A stretch of 64,000 nucleotides of DNA, taken from NCBI GenBank assembly GCA_963762595.1, contig CAVXLI010000011.1, forward strand, positions 98,087-162,086, read 5' to 3'. Source of the stretch: an uncultured delta proteobacterium. Lineage in GTDB: Bacteria > Desulfobacterota > Syntrophia > Syntrophales > Smithellaceae. Numbering within the stretch: the first letter of the stretch is position 1; the number at the start of each line of letters is the position of its first letter. Shown here in pieces: positions 32,814-43,741 of this stretch. The position numbers and the translations under genes are program-made. The notes beneath the pieces are model-generated. The model saw only the letters and a program-made list of their open reading frames with translations. It did no database searches and was not told the DNA's origin.

Positions 32814-33168
32814 CCGCCTTTATAGGCTTATGCAATACTTTGTTGACTTTGGGAAATTCCGGAGGAGGTTCAAAGGAATTATAAGGACCTTGAAGATCGA
32901 CAGCGCTCAGCATAAAAAGAGGTGTATCTTTTCCTGTGTCGGTGGCGCGGATTTTGTTCAATACCGAGAATCCTTCACCCCATGTTTCCATCATCATATC
33001 GATAATGGCCAGATCCGGAGATATGGATTTCCACATCTCCACGCCGGTTTTTCCATCTTCCGCCATAAATACCTCGTATCCGCCCTTTTCCAGAATAAGT
33101 TTGGTGGCGAATAAGAAGTCTTTGTCATCATCTATTAGGAGTATTTTCTTTTTAACCGTCATGATCAA
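32770..33168 (-). CDS. single-domain response regulator (receiver)
   Basis: 132 aa. KILLIDDDKD...DLAIIDMMME...HKPI. Confidence 0.8.
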   Translation of the reverse strand: MIMTVKKKILLIDDDKDFLFATKLILEKGGYEVFMAEDGKTGVEMWKSISPDLAIIDMMMETWGEGFSVLNKIRATDTGKDTPLFMLSAVDLQGPYNSFEPPPEFPKVNKVLHKPIKADDLLRYIAQELGGK

Positions 33169-33200
33169 ACACCTCCATAATACTTTTGTACCTTATATAG

Positions 33201-33216
33201 AGCAAGGATAATGCCA
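33201..33216 (-). promoter_or_regulatory. sigma-54 (-24/-12) promoter
   Basis: The minus strand reads TGGCATTATCCTTGCT (GG and GC at canonical spacing), 38 nt upstream of the receiver gene ATG, with GGAGG between. Confidence 0.65.
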
Positions 33217-33300
33217 GATTGTAACATATTGATTTATTTGATTAATATTATAAAAGGTGAGCTGTGAAAATTCACTTTAAGGGGTAAAATACCCCTTATA

Positions 33301-34671
33301 TCAGTGCTCTGTCTTTATACTGTAGTTACGCATTTTGATCCTCAGAGTCTTTCTGTCGATACCAAGGAATTTTGCCGTTTTGTTGATCTGAAAATGGAAG
33401 TGGTTGAGCGCTTTTTCGATGTGTTCTTTTTCGACATCGACCAGGGTTACCCTGCCTGATGAAGAATCCACTACCGGCGCCTTTGCTCCTTCGCCCTGAC
33501 CATAGTAAAAGATATCGGATAAATTTACTGTTTCATGGTCACTCAGGACGCACAGACGTTCGATCGTGTTTTTCAGTTCTCTGACGTTTCCGGGCCATTT
33601 GTATGACAGCAGAGATTTTTTTGCTTCTTCGGAAAGGCAGCGCACTTTGCTTTTATATTTCTTTGTGTAAAAGTCGAGATAATGCTCGGCAATGGGAAGG
33701 ATATCGGCCTTGTGTTCTCTCAAGGGTTTTATATCCAAAGGCACAACGGAAATCCGGTAAAACAGGTCTTCCCGGAATTTTCCCGCTTCGATTTCAGCCC
33801 GGATATCCTTGTTGGTCGCCGCGATGAGTCTGACGTCCACCTTCTCTGGTGATGATTTGCCGACCCGCGGCACTTCCTGCTCCTGAATGACCCGCAATAA
33901 CTTTGCCTGAATATTGAGACTGATGTTGGAAATTTCGTCAAGGAACAAGGTTCCTTTATCCGCCATCTGGAAACGGCCGTCACGCGATTCCGTGGCGCCG
34001 CTGAAGGCCCCTTTGACATGACCGAACAGTTCGCTTTCCATCAGACTTTCAGCGAGCGAAGAACAATCAACCGGGATGAACGGCCTGTCGGCCCGTTTGC
34101 TTAATTGATGAATGGTACGTGCAACAAGTTCTTTTCCCGTGCCGCTTACCCCTGTGATGAGAACGGTGCTTTCAGTCTGCGCAATCCGCCTGATCGAATC
34201 TTTAAGCTCTTTCATATATTCGCTGGACCCGATCAGCACGGAAAGATCTTTTTCGCCGTTAGACAGTTCATCCGTTTTAAGAGCATTGTTGACCGCGTCC
34301 TTGAGTTCAGCCGCGGAGTATGGTTTTGCGAGAAAATTGAAAGCACCCTGACGCATGGCCTCAACAGCCAGCGGTATGGTCCCGTATCCGGTGATAATGA
34401 TAACCTTCGCCGAAACGTTATTTTCCTCTTTGAGTTTTTTCAGGATATCCAGTCCGCTCATTTTGGGCATTCTGATATCCAGCAGAATCAAGTCATAGGC
34501 ATCCTTCAGCGCCATCTCCAGGCCGCGAACAGCCTCTCCCGTACTCTCGACATGATGGCCTTTCCGAGAAAGTATCTGATAACATCCGTCCCGGATGGAT
34601 TCTTCATCGTCGATAATAAGAATTTTACTGCGTTTCTTTGCCGCTTCTTTCACTTTACCCCTTAAATACAA
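33301..34671 (-). CDS. sigma-54-dependent Fis-family response regulator (NtrC type)
   Basis: 456 aa, intact. Receiver, AAA+ domain (GVSGTGKE, GAFSGA, RVIQEQEV...) and C-terminal HTH. Confidence 0.93.
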   Translation of the reverse strand: MYLRGKVKEAAKKRSKILIIDDEESIRDGCYQILSRKGHHVESTGEAVRGLEMALKDAYDLILLDIRMPKMSGLDILKKLKEENNVSAKVIIITGYGTIPLAVEAMRQGAFNFLAKPYSAAELKDAVNNALKTDELSNGEKDLSVLIGSSEYMKELKDSIRRIAQTESTVLITGVSGTGKELVARTIHQLSKRADRPFIPVDCSSLAESLMESELFGHVKGAFSGATESRDGRFQMADKGTLFLDEISNISLNIQAKLLRVIQEQEVPRVGKSSPEKVDVRLIAATNKDIRAEIEAGKFREDLFYRISVVPLDIKPLREHKADILPIAEHYLDFYTKKYKSKVRCLSEEAKKSLLSYKWPGNVRELKNTIERLCVLSDHETVNLSDIFYYGQGEGAKAPVVDSSSGRVTLVDVEKEHIEKALNHFHFQINKTAKFLGIDRKTLRIKMRNYSIKTEH

Positions 34672-34811
34672 TTATCGGAAGACCCAAAAGTCATCCCGTT
34701 TCCTTAATCGCCAAACCGATATCCGGGAAAAATGCTATGATATTTCATGGGATTATGCAAGAGAAAGCTTCGAGGCACGGCAAGAACTTCCGGATGACCG
34801 TTTCTTACGGT

Positions 34812-36825
34812 TCAAGTGCAGACAGCATCGTTACCTGTTGAATTGTTTTTCCCCTTGTATGCGGGTAAAGATATAATGAAAGTCGTTCCAGTGCCTGGGT
34901 TGCATTCCGCATCGATGGTGCCGTTGTGTTTTTGGATGATTCCGTACACGATGGAAAGTCCCAGTCCCGTTCCCTGGCCTGGTTCCTTCGTCGTGAAGAA
35001 TGGTTCAAAGATGTGGGAAAGGTGTTCTTTGTCTATCCCTTTACCCGTGTCTGATATTAAAATCCTAATGGAATTGTTTCGTACTCAGCCCAGTGGCGAT
35101 CGTCAGCTTTCCGCCGCCCTTCATGGCGTCCGCCGCATTGATGAACAGATTTAGGAAAACTTCTTCCAATCTTGACCTGTCGCCTGTCACTTCGGGAAGA
35201 TTTTCCGCAAGCTTGGTTTCGATTTCTATCCCGTGAAACATGGATTGGTCTCTTACCAGTTTGAGAGAGGTATTGATGATCTGGTTTATCTGCAGGGGAA
35301 GCATTTCGCCTGTCGGCGTTCTCGCAAAATCCAGCAGGCTCTGTACGATTTCTTTACAGCGGTTCGTCTGATAGATGATCTTCTGCATGTTTTCCCGTGC
35401 GGGGCTATCCTCCGGGATATCTTCCAGGACGATGTTGCTGTACAGAAGGATTCCACCCAGAGGATTGTTGATTTCATGGGCGACGCCCGCCGCCATCTCA
35501 CCCAGGGCGGTCAATTTTTCGGTTTTTGCGAGCTGTTGATGCATCTTCTGCAATTGATCATTGTGGTCTTTCAGGGATCTGGACATATAATTGAAGGCTT
35601 CGTCCAGCATGTCGAAACCCGATATTTTATCGGGTGATAGTTTGTAGTCCAGGTTGCCGGAGGCAATAGCTTCTGTAGCCTTTTTCAGTATGCGTATTCT
35701 TTTGATAATGGTGTTGCCCAAATAAAGGGAAATGATAAACGCGATGATCATTCCCAGTGTGGTTATACCCAGATTTATCCAGATCATTTCCCGTTGTATG
35801 TCTCGGTATTTGGCTTCCAGTATCCCCGTGTAGAGAACGCCGATGAGCTTTTTATCCATGTTAAAAATAGGGGTATAAGTGGTAATATACCAGTCTTTCA
35901 CAACGAAAGCCCTGCCCACCCAGTCCTTCCCTTCTTTGATGACCCGATCATAAACTTCTTTGGAAAGAATAGTGCCGATGGCCCTTTTGTTATCCTTCGT
36001 CATGACATTGGTGGATATGCGCACGCCTCCCTGAAATATCGTGGCCACTCCCATTTCCTGACCTTTGTATTTTTCTCCGTGATATACGGTCTCTTTTATC
36101 TTATCCACTATTTCGTTGTCCTTATTAATAAGAACGCCTCCGACCAGAACACCCACCAACAGGTTTGTAGTTTCTATCCATTATCGGATAGGCAACTCTC
36201 ATGACCATACCTTCCGAAAGTTTATCTTCCCTGATTTCGGCGGACAAAGGCGTTTTTACAATATCCGTTTTCGCCCGGTCTGAAAGCGCAGGATTTTCCC
36301 TTAAAATATCTTTAATGGACATGAGTTCGGTTGAGGAGAGCGGGATCTTTTTCTCTATGCAGTTTCTGACAACGGGATCCTTCAGGAGGTTGTCCCCGCT
36401 GATTGCCGGATTAGACGCCCTGTACAATACCTTTCCCTCTGGCGTCCACAAGCGTGAGCATATCGAGAAAAATATTGTCATTCCCAGACTGTGTTCCCGT
36501 TCCTCTGCGAATGAGTCCTTTCATATATGCCATGCTGTAGATATCATTCCTGTTGATAAGCTCTTGCAGATCGGACCTTTCGGCGGTGAACTGAATCAGA
36601 GACGTAATTTTCTCGATCTTATTGTTATAGATCAACTTGGCCGTATTGATATCCATGACGCACCCTGTTCTGTACTTCGGCAATGGTGTTCCTGTTAATC
36701 GTCCATATACTGACAATGGTGGCAAAGATACCTGTAAGGCAGGTGGCAATCAGAAATCCAAACGCAAGACGGCTTTGCAAGTCTAACTTAAAAAGCCGCT
36801 GTATTCGTTTATTATTGATTTTCAT
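34812..36825 (-). pseudogene. sensor histidine kinase (TM, double Cache-like, TM, HAMP, HisKA, HATPase), at least four frameshifts
   Basis: Fragments 36625-36825 (TM), 36411-36749, 36125-36481 and 35065-36159 (Cache-like ATIFQGGVRISTNV...LYTGI, HAMP, AHEINNPL). The tail is in another frame ([24 protein letters not shown]), with its stop at 34812-34814. Confidence 0.85.
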
Positions 36826-36926
36826 TGCGTCAGCCCGATGTTAGAAATTGATTTGAATACTATCACGGATAACATAGCATTATCAAACATTCTTTAGAAG
36901 AGCCGGGCGGGAGGATATACAGAGTT

Positions 36927-37317
36927 TCAGCCAATCAGTTTTTTCACCCGCAGGAGAAGTTCGGAAGCCGGAATGGGCTTGGCCACATAATCGTCTGCCT
37001 GCAGGTATTCACCGTCTGTTTCCGGAGAAAATTTAAATCCTGTTTTGCCGGTAACGGCGGTTACCATCAGAATGGGTATATTTTTGTATGCTTTCATCGT
37101 GTTTCAGATTGTAGCACAAATCGAATCCATCCGTGTGCTTGTCCATCATCACATCCAGGATAATCAATTCCGGTCTGTCTGCTTCAATGGATTTGCGGCC
37201 GTCCTGAACGTTCAGAACATGATGAACTTTAAAGCCGTTATTCTCCAGAACAATTTTAAGCGCCTCGCCATAGTCTTTATCGTCATCAATTATCAGTATC
37301 TTTTTTTTCTCAGACAT
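36927..37317 (-). pseudogene. single-domain response regulator, one frameshift
   Basis: KILIIDDDKD...LIILDVMMD (37033-37317). The C-terminal part (IPILMVTAVTGKTGFKF...ADDYVAKPI) is in another frame. Confidence 0.75.
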
Positions 37318-37357
37318 TAGGACCTCCGATATTGGGATTAGTTACCAAGCAGTTATA

Positions 37358-38376
37358 TTATTCAGCGATTGCTTTCACAACCTCCAGCGTTCCTATATGC
37401 ACCGGACAGTAATCGGAACAGCGTCCGCAACCGACACAGCCGCATAAACTTCCCTGAATATCGATACTGTTAAAATCAAGAAGTTTGTGCTCGTGACGTC
37501 TTTTGAGCCTCAAAGCCTGGCTGGCTCTGGGATTATGGCCTGATGCCTCACGGGTAAAACCGCCGTAAAGACAAGCATCCCATGTCCGTGCGCGAAGACC
37601 GTTTCCCGGAGACGACTGATGATCATATACATTGAAGCAGGTGCAGGTGGGACACACAAAGGCACAACCGCCGCAGGTGATGCACTTCTGCGCCGAAACT
37701 CATCCCAGACTTTTTCATCGGCTTTGTTATCCTTGAGTTTGTTCATGGCTTTAACAACCGATTTCACCTCAGGTATGCTGCTGAATCGCCTTTTGTTTGA
37801 ATTCCTCTATTTGCCGTTTAGCCAGGGTGTCATCTACATCGGCAAGCGGTATGACCGATAACAATTCTTCGCCCCTGGGAGTGCCTGTTTCAATGAGAAA
37901 GACGTCACCTGTATCGTAGAACTGCAAATCGAAACCCTTTTGTGCGATAGGACCACTGCGTGTCGTGGTGCAGAAACAGGTTTCGTTCTGCGGGCCGGGA
38001 CAGGCCATGACAATTGTCGCCGCGGCATTTCGCCTTGCATTATAATAAACATCCTTCTTATCACGAGACATAAAGCTTGAGGCCTGAAGAATTCCCATCA
38101 TGTCGCAGGCGCGTATTCCAAATATAAGCATCTTTTTTGCCGATACGACTTCCCGGTATTCATTTTTTTCAACCTTAAAGATCACCTCGGTGTGGGGAAA
38201 AAACACGGCTTTTGGCGAAAGCGGAGGCTTTTTATAGTCGAGGGTAAATGTATTTTCCTGGAACGTATCGAATATACAGTCGCCATTCGCTAGTTTTGGT
38301 CGGGAGACAGTACATCGTGTTTTTGAGCCCAGATATTAATTGCCTTTATGAGGTCTTTTTTGGCCAGTGTTTTCAT
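37358..38376 (-). pseudogene. 4Fe-4S cluster subunit of formate dehydrogenase 1 (sulfhydrogenase-beta / AsrA-like), frameshifted
   Basis: CPTCTCFNVYDH and CVGCGRCSDYCP cluster motifs (37358-37657), N-domain 37769-38206. The start MKTLAKKDL overlaps the fdhA stop (ATGA). Confidence 0.7.
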
Positions 38377-40414
38377 GCGCATCTCCTGATTTTTACTGCA
38401 CACCCTTTATATTCGGGAATTTTGGCAATGGGATCATATGCCGAATTGGTCAACATGTTCACGGGTGCTTCGTGAAAATGGAATGTGGAAAATACAACAT
38501 TTTGCGGAACTCTTTTCGTAATCTCCGCCTTTAATTTTATGGAACCGCGGCGTGAAGTTAGTTCAACTATGTCATTGTTCTTTATGCCCAGCTTTTTTGC
38601 ATCCTCGGGATTGATTTCCACCAGCGCCGCCGGCGCCTCTCTATCCAGAATGCTGATGCGACGGGTCATGGTGCCGGTGTGGTAATGATAATAGATACGT
38701 CCTGTGGTCAGCATAAAATCGTACTCCTCATCGGGCATCTCCGCAACCGGTTTGAATTCACACGGCATAAATGTTCCCTTGCCCTTGCTGAATCTGTCCT
38801 TATGCAGGAAGGATGTGCCCGGATGCTCCTCATTGAGACAGGGCCACTGGAGTCCATGGCCGCGTTTCAATCGCTCATAGGTGATGCCCGCGTAGGAGGG
38901 CGTCAGGGCATTGATCTCCTTGAGCACATCGGCCGGCGATTCATAATTCATCGGGTAGCCGGCAAGCGTGCTCAGTTCGCAAATGATTTGCCAGTCAGGA
39001 CGGGCAAGTCCCGGAGGAGATACGGCCTTTGCCCGATAGCTGAACCCTTCTTTCCGTGTTGGTGTAAGTGCCATCTTTTTCGGCAAACGACGCGGCAGGA
39101 AGGACGACATCGGCTTTCGCCGCCGTTTCGGAAAGAAAGATATCCTGCACGACGAGAAAATCAAGATTGGATAGGGCATGCTCGATATGCGACGTATCAG
39201 GATCGCTCATCAAGGGATTTTCTCCCATAACATAGAGAGCTTTTAGCTCCCCTTTTTGCGCCGCCGTCATCATATCGGTGATGGTCAGCCCGGCCTTGTC
39301 GTCCAGCGCTTGCAACACCCCAGGCGTCTTCAAATTTCTTTTTTACTGCCGCATCGATCACCGGTTGATAACCACTGTATACGTTCGGCAAGCGCGCCCA
39401 TATCGCAGGCACCCTGGACATTATTCTGACCTCTCAGGGGATTTACTCCCGTCGAAGGCCTGCCCAGATTACCGGTAAGCATGGCCAGATTTGCGCAGGT
39501 TTTTACATTGTCGACACCGGTAGTATGCTGGGTAATGCCCATGGCATAGGCAAGCATCGCCTTATCCGCTTTGGCGTACATGCGCGCCGCTTTCTTAAGA
39601 TCGCTGCTATTGATGCCGGAAATTTTTTCCACGACTTGCGGTGGATATTTGCTGACGACCTCCTTCAATTGATCGAATCCTTCCGTTCTTGTTTCGACGA
39701 ATTCCTTGTCGTAGAGACCTTCTTCAATAATGACGTTCATGATGCCCGTTTAACACAGCCACATCCGTACCGATATTTTGCCTCAGATGTAAATCGGCAA
39801 ACTCGGCCAGCTGTATTTCTCTGGGATCAATAAGCAGTAATTGTGCTCCTCTTTTTACGGCATTGATGATGCGCGATCCGATCAAGGGATGCTGTGCCGT
39901 TGTGTTGGAACCGGTCACGAGGAACAGATCGGCATCGTCGAAATCGTTAATCGAGTTTGTCATGGCTCCGGAACCGAATGTCGCGGCCAGACCGACCACG
40001 GTGGAGCTGTGTCAGAGCCGGGCACAGTGATCGACATTGTTTGTTCCAAATGCCGCCCGCGCCATTTTCATAAAGAGATAGTTTTCTTCATTTGTTACTT
40101 TGGCGGAACTGAGAAAGGCCAGAGCGCGGGGGCCAAATTGCTTCTTTATATCCAAGCAGCCTGTCCGCAACAACCTTCAATGCTTCTTCCCATGTGCTTT
40201 CAACAAGCTCTCCGTGCTTCCTTATCAGCGGCTTGGTCAGCCTTTCGGGAGAATGAATAAATTCGTGCGCATTCCAACCCTTTACACATAACATGCCTTT
40301 ATTTACCGGGTTTGAGGGGCTGGGCTCTATACCTATCACCCTGTCTCCCTCCGACAAAAGATAGAAGCTGCATCCACATCCGCAAAATGGGCATACGGTT
40401 CGTGTCCTTTTCAT
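38373..40414 (-). pseudogene. fdhA: formate dehydrogenase catalytic subunit (molybdo/tungstopterin, selenocysteine), multiple frameshifts
   Basis: N-terminal 4Fe-4S motif CPFCGCGCSF, KGWNAHEF, in-frame TGA at 40012-40014 in [29 protein letters not shown], and a C-terminal barrel (HYHTGTMTRR...PEYKGCAVKI). Pieces: 40088-40414, 39724-39999, 39330-39740, 38995-39333, 38373-39179. Confidence 0.9.
39983..40014 (-). other. selenocysteine UGA plus a SECIS-like hairpin (FDH 1)
   Basis: TGA at 40012-40014 (minus strand). Twelve nt downstream lies gtggtc-GGTCT-ggccgc, a 6-bp stem with a GGUCU loop like the E. coli fdhF SECIS apex. Confidence 0.7.
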
Positions 40415-40416
40415 GA

Positions 40417-41260
40417 TCAGATTGCCTCCTTAATCTTTTCGATCTCCGTATAGGGGAAAACAGGTCCTTCAATACAGCAATACTTATCTCCGAAAGCGCA
40501 GTGACCGCACTTTCCGACACCGCATTTCATCATTCTCTCCAAAGACATGAAGATATGTTCCTTGGGAAAATCCCAGACTCAGGAGTTTCTGCAAAACAAA
40601 ACGATACATGATCGGGGGACCGCACATCACGGCATGGGTTTCCTTGGGAAAAAGAACGGCGCGGTCGAACAAACCGGTCACCACACCCACATATTGTTTC
40701 CAGATACCTTCATCGTCCCTGTCCACGCTGTAGTGATAATTGATGTCATTGCGGTCAAAAAAACTCAGCAGTTCATATTTAAAAAGAACATTTTCGGGAT
40801 TATTTGTTCCGTACATCAGGATGATGTCGTCAAACTCTTTCCTTTTGTCCAGAGAATAGAGCAGAAGCGAGCGCAGCGGGGCAAGCCCCAGACCGCCGGC
40901 GATAAGAAGTAGTTTGTGACCCTTGAGTTGCTCTACGGGGAAGCCTCTTCCGTATGGGCCCCGAATATGAAAAGTAGAACCTTTGCCCATTTCAAAAAGG
41001 GCTTCTGTTACTTTGCCCGCGCGTCTTACGCAAATCTCGAGAGTATCAGGCCTGGTTGGCGGCGAGGATATGCTGATGGGCGCCTCTCCCTTGCCGAAGA
41101 TGGAGACTTCAATAAACTGTCCCGGTTGATGACCAAAACTTTCCCATGTTGTTCCATCTTCCAACTTCAACTGGAATAATCGGTGATCTTTGATTTGTGG
41201 CAAAGTTCTGATAATAGAAACAGGTCGAAGCTCATATATATTGCCGCAATCACCTCCCAT
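40417..41260 (-). pseudogene. FAD/NAD(P)-binding 2Fe-2S subunit of formate dehydrogenase 1 (sulfhydrogenase-gamma / PyrK / AsrB-like), one frameshift near the C-terminus
   Basis: PGQFIEVSIFGKGEAPISISS, LLLIAGGLGLAPLRSLL, CGPPIMYRFV. The terminal cluster MKCGVGKCGHCAFGDKYCC is in another frame. Start taken at MGGDCGNIY (41260), after GGAGG. Confidence 0.75.
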
Positions 41261-41309
41261 AGCACTACCTCCTTCATCCTGAGGATTCTTCAGATGGTTA
41301 CCCGATAAC

Positions 41310-41325
41310 AGCAATTTTAATACCA
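41310..41325 (-). promoter_or_regulatory. candidate sigma-54 (-24/-12) promoter of the FDH 1 operon
   Basis: The minus strand reads TGGTATTAAAATTGCT with canonical GG/GC spacing, 49 nt upstream of the gamma-subunit ATG. Confidence 0.5.
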
Positions 41326-41719
41326 AATGGTTATATGTTTGATATAACAGCGATATTGGGGATACTGCATGGTGCCGTAAAAAGTAACGGGGTAAGTTAC
41401 CCCGACTTCGGGGAGTTATTACCCTTGCCAGATTTCGCACGGATTTCGCCCAGACTTTCCACTAATGATGGTCAGGCAGGTTTGAGCTATTCCATCCAGC
41501 GTGAATGATCGCTGCAATTCGCGAAGCATCGAAACGGGAAAGGGTGACCTGATCAATCTTTCCTTAGCAAATATAAGGTAAAACTCATAAGGACATTGCG
41601 TTCAGAAAGTTACTTAATTTTATTTCTTGATTTTCTTTATCTCTTCCTCAATACTTAATAAGTTTTCAATCAAATCGTCAGTATGATGATTACGCAAATC
41701 TTGTCTTTATGGAGGAAAA

Positions 41720-42538
41720 ATGGCTTACTCAACACTCTTGTTAAATATCGACGGAGGCGTCGCGACAATAACTTTCAACAGACCCGAAGCTATGAACAGC
41801 TGGACGCAGGCAACAGCCCGTGAGCTGGGCGATGTCATGGCCTCACTGGACAGAAACGATTCAGTTCGTGCCGTTGTCGTAACCGGAACCGGTTCGGCAT
41901 TTTGCGCCGGCGCAGATTTAAGCGGAGCAACCGCCTTTAAGCTTGGAGATACCGAAGATGAAGAAACACGGAGGGATTCTCTTGCTTTTCCTGCCGTGAT
42001 GCCCTGGCAGATCAGAAAGCCCGTGATTGCGGCAATCAACGGACACGCCATCGGTGTCGGTATTACCTATGCCATGAATTGCGATATTCGGTTTGTCGCG
42101 GAAGATGCCAAGATACAATTCGCTTTCGTGCGCCGGGGAATCACTCCCGAGCTTTCTTCCCATGTAATCGTTGCCCGGGTGGCCGGACTTTCCCGCGCGG
42201 CCGACCTGATGCTGACCGGAAGGATGATAAAGGGACGAGAACTTGCTGAAATGGGTCTTGCCTCACAGGCCCTGCCCGCAGATAAAGTCCTTCCCGCCGC
42301 TCTGGAGAGGGCACGCGAATTTCACAAGGCGGCGCCGGTATCCGTGGCTATCTCCAAACGCCTCCTCTGGGAGGGGCTCACATCTTCAGTTGCCGAAATT
42401 GATGCGAAAGAATTCCGGATTTTCGAGTGGGTATGCACACAACCTGACGCAATCGAGGGGATTGATTCCTTCCTGAAAAAACGCAATCCTCAATGGAAAA
42501 TGTCTGTCAGCCGAGATTTTCCTGTTTTTTTGAAATAG
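41720..42538 (+). CDS. enoyl-CoA hydratase/isomerase (crotonase) family protein
   Basis: 272 aa, with VVVTGTGSAFCAGADL and AAINGHAIGVG. Confidence 0.88.
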   Translation: MAYSTLLLNIDGGVATITFNRPEAMNSWTQATARELGDVMASLDRNDSVRAVVVTGTGSAFCAGADLSGATAFKLGDTEDEETRRDSLAFPAVMPWQIRKPVIAAINGHAIGVGITYAMNCDIRFVAEDAKIQFAFVRRGITPELSSHVIVARVAGLSRAADLMLTGRMIKGRELAEMGLASQALPADKVLPAALERAREFHKAAPVSVAISKRLLWEGLTSSVAEIDAKEFRIFEWVCTQPDAIEGIDSFLKKRNPQWKMSVSRDFPVFLK

Positions 42539-42710
42539 GATAAAGAAAAAAACAATCACTAGTTAATATATTCTGCAATTTGGGGAATAATTTTATTGAC
42601 AGTGAAGTTTATTATATGGTAGCCAAGCGGCCAAGAAAGCACCGTATAAAATTGTTACTTTATTTAATAAAATCAAATTTTTTCGGTATTTCCAATAAAA
42701 ATCACCGGAT

Positions 42711-43097
42711 ATGTTTTTATATGAGGAGTTGCCCTTGAAATTGCGAGATGTGAAAGAGATACTCGATGCCGATGTAATCGTCGGCGAAGAAAAATTAGAT
42801 ATGGAAGTCAAAACAGCGTTTGGCGCTGATTTGATGAGCGATGTTATAGCCTTTGCTAAAGCGGGCAGTCTTTTATTGACCGGCCTGACCAACGCCCAGG
42901 TCGTCAAAACCGCCACTTCCCTCAATATTGCTGCCATTATCTTAGTGAGAGGGAAAAAACCTTCAACCGAAGCTATTAACCTGGCTAAACAACTTCAAAT
43001 TCCCATTCTAACTACGAGATATATTTTATTTGAAACAGCGGGTCGTCTTTACGCTGAAGGCATAGTTGGTTGCCTGACAAAAGTTGAAAAACAATAA
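42711..43097 (+). CDS. DRTGG-domain protein, copy 1 (probable TTG start at 42735)
   Basis: LKLRDVKEILDADVIVGEEKLDMEVKTAFGADLMSDV...LLLTGLTN...ILVRGKKP. Paralogue of 43367-43741. Confidence 0.6.
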   Translation: MFLYEELPLKLRDVKEILDADVIVGEEKLDMEVKTAFGADLMSDVIAFAKAGSLLLTGLTNAQVVKTATSLNIAAIILVRGKKPSTEAINLAKQLQIPILTTRYILFETAGRLYAEGIVGCLTKVEKQ

Positions 43098-43366
43098 TGC
43101 ACGCAATGGATTTACATTCGTCGGAATCAACAACAGAAATAAAATATACGGTAGCGCTTTGGATTTGGAACCCACAGCAGGAAAAACGCAGCCGTTAATT
43201 TAATCTATTGTTCAATTCCAGCAATAATTTCATTGACAGTAAAGTTTGATATATGATAGTCAAATAGCCAAGAAAGAGTCATTTGAAATTATAATTTCAA
43301 CTAATAATATCAAACACTTTCTTCACTTTAGGAAATGCTGTATTTGTTTTTGATGAGGAGTGGACA

Positions 43367-43741
43367 TTGAAACTGCGTGAAGTACAAGAAATACTAAAAG
43401 CCGATGTTATTGTGGGCAAAGAAAAACTAGATATGGAAGTCAAAACAGCGTTTGGAGCCGATTTGATGAGCGATGTTCTGGCCTTCGCGAAAGCGGGCAG
43501 TCTTTTGCTGACCGGCCTGACCAATACCCAGGTCATCAGAATCGCCAATGTTCTGGACATTGCCGCTATAATTTTAGTTCGAGGAAAAAAACCGTCAGCA
43601 GAAACTATCGGTCTGGCCAAAGAACTTCAAATTCCCATTTTAACGACAAAATATATTTTATTTGAAACAGCGGGTCGTCTTTATGCTAAAGGTATAGTTG
43701 GTTGCCTGGAAAAAGTTGAAAATAACAGTGTACGCAACTGA
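43367..43741 (+). CDS. DRTGG-domain protein, copy 2
   Basis: 124 aa, about 85% identical by eye to copy 1. The same GAGGAG-TTG start context. Confidence 0.6.
   Translation: MKLREVQEILKADVIVGKEKLDMEVKTAFGADLMSDVLAFAKAGSLLLTGLTNTQVIRIANVLDIAAIILVRGKKPSAETIGLAKELQIPILTTKYILFETAGRLYAKGIVGCLEKVENNSVRN

Noticed and set aside
42593-43620. Minus-strand ORFs 42593-42937 and 43297-43620, antisense to the DRTGG genes
   Set aside because: Both are mirror ORFs of the duplicated DRTGG coding sequence (Ala/Ser/Thr-rich, no start context). The plus-strand genes have RBS-TTG starts and conserved domain features.
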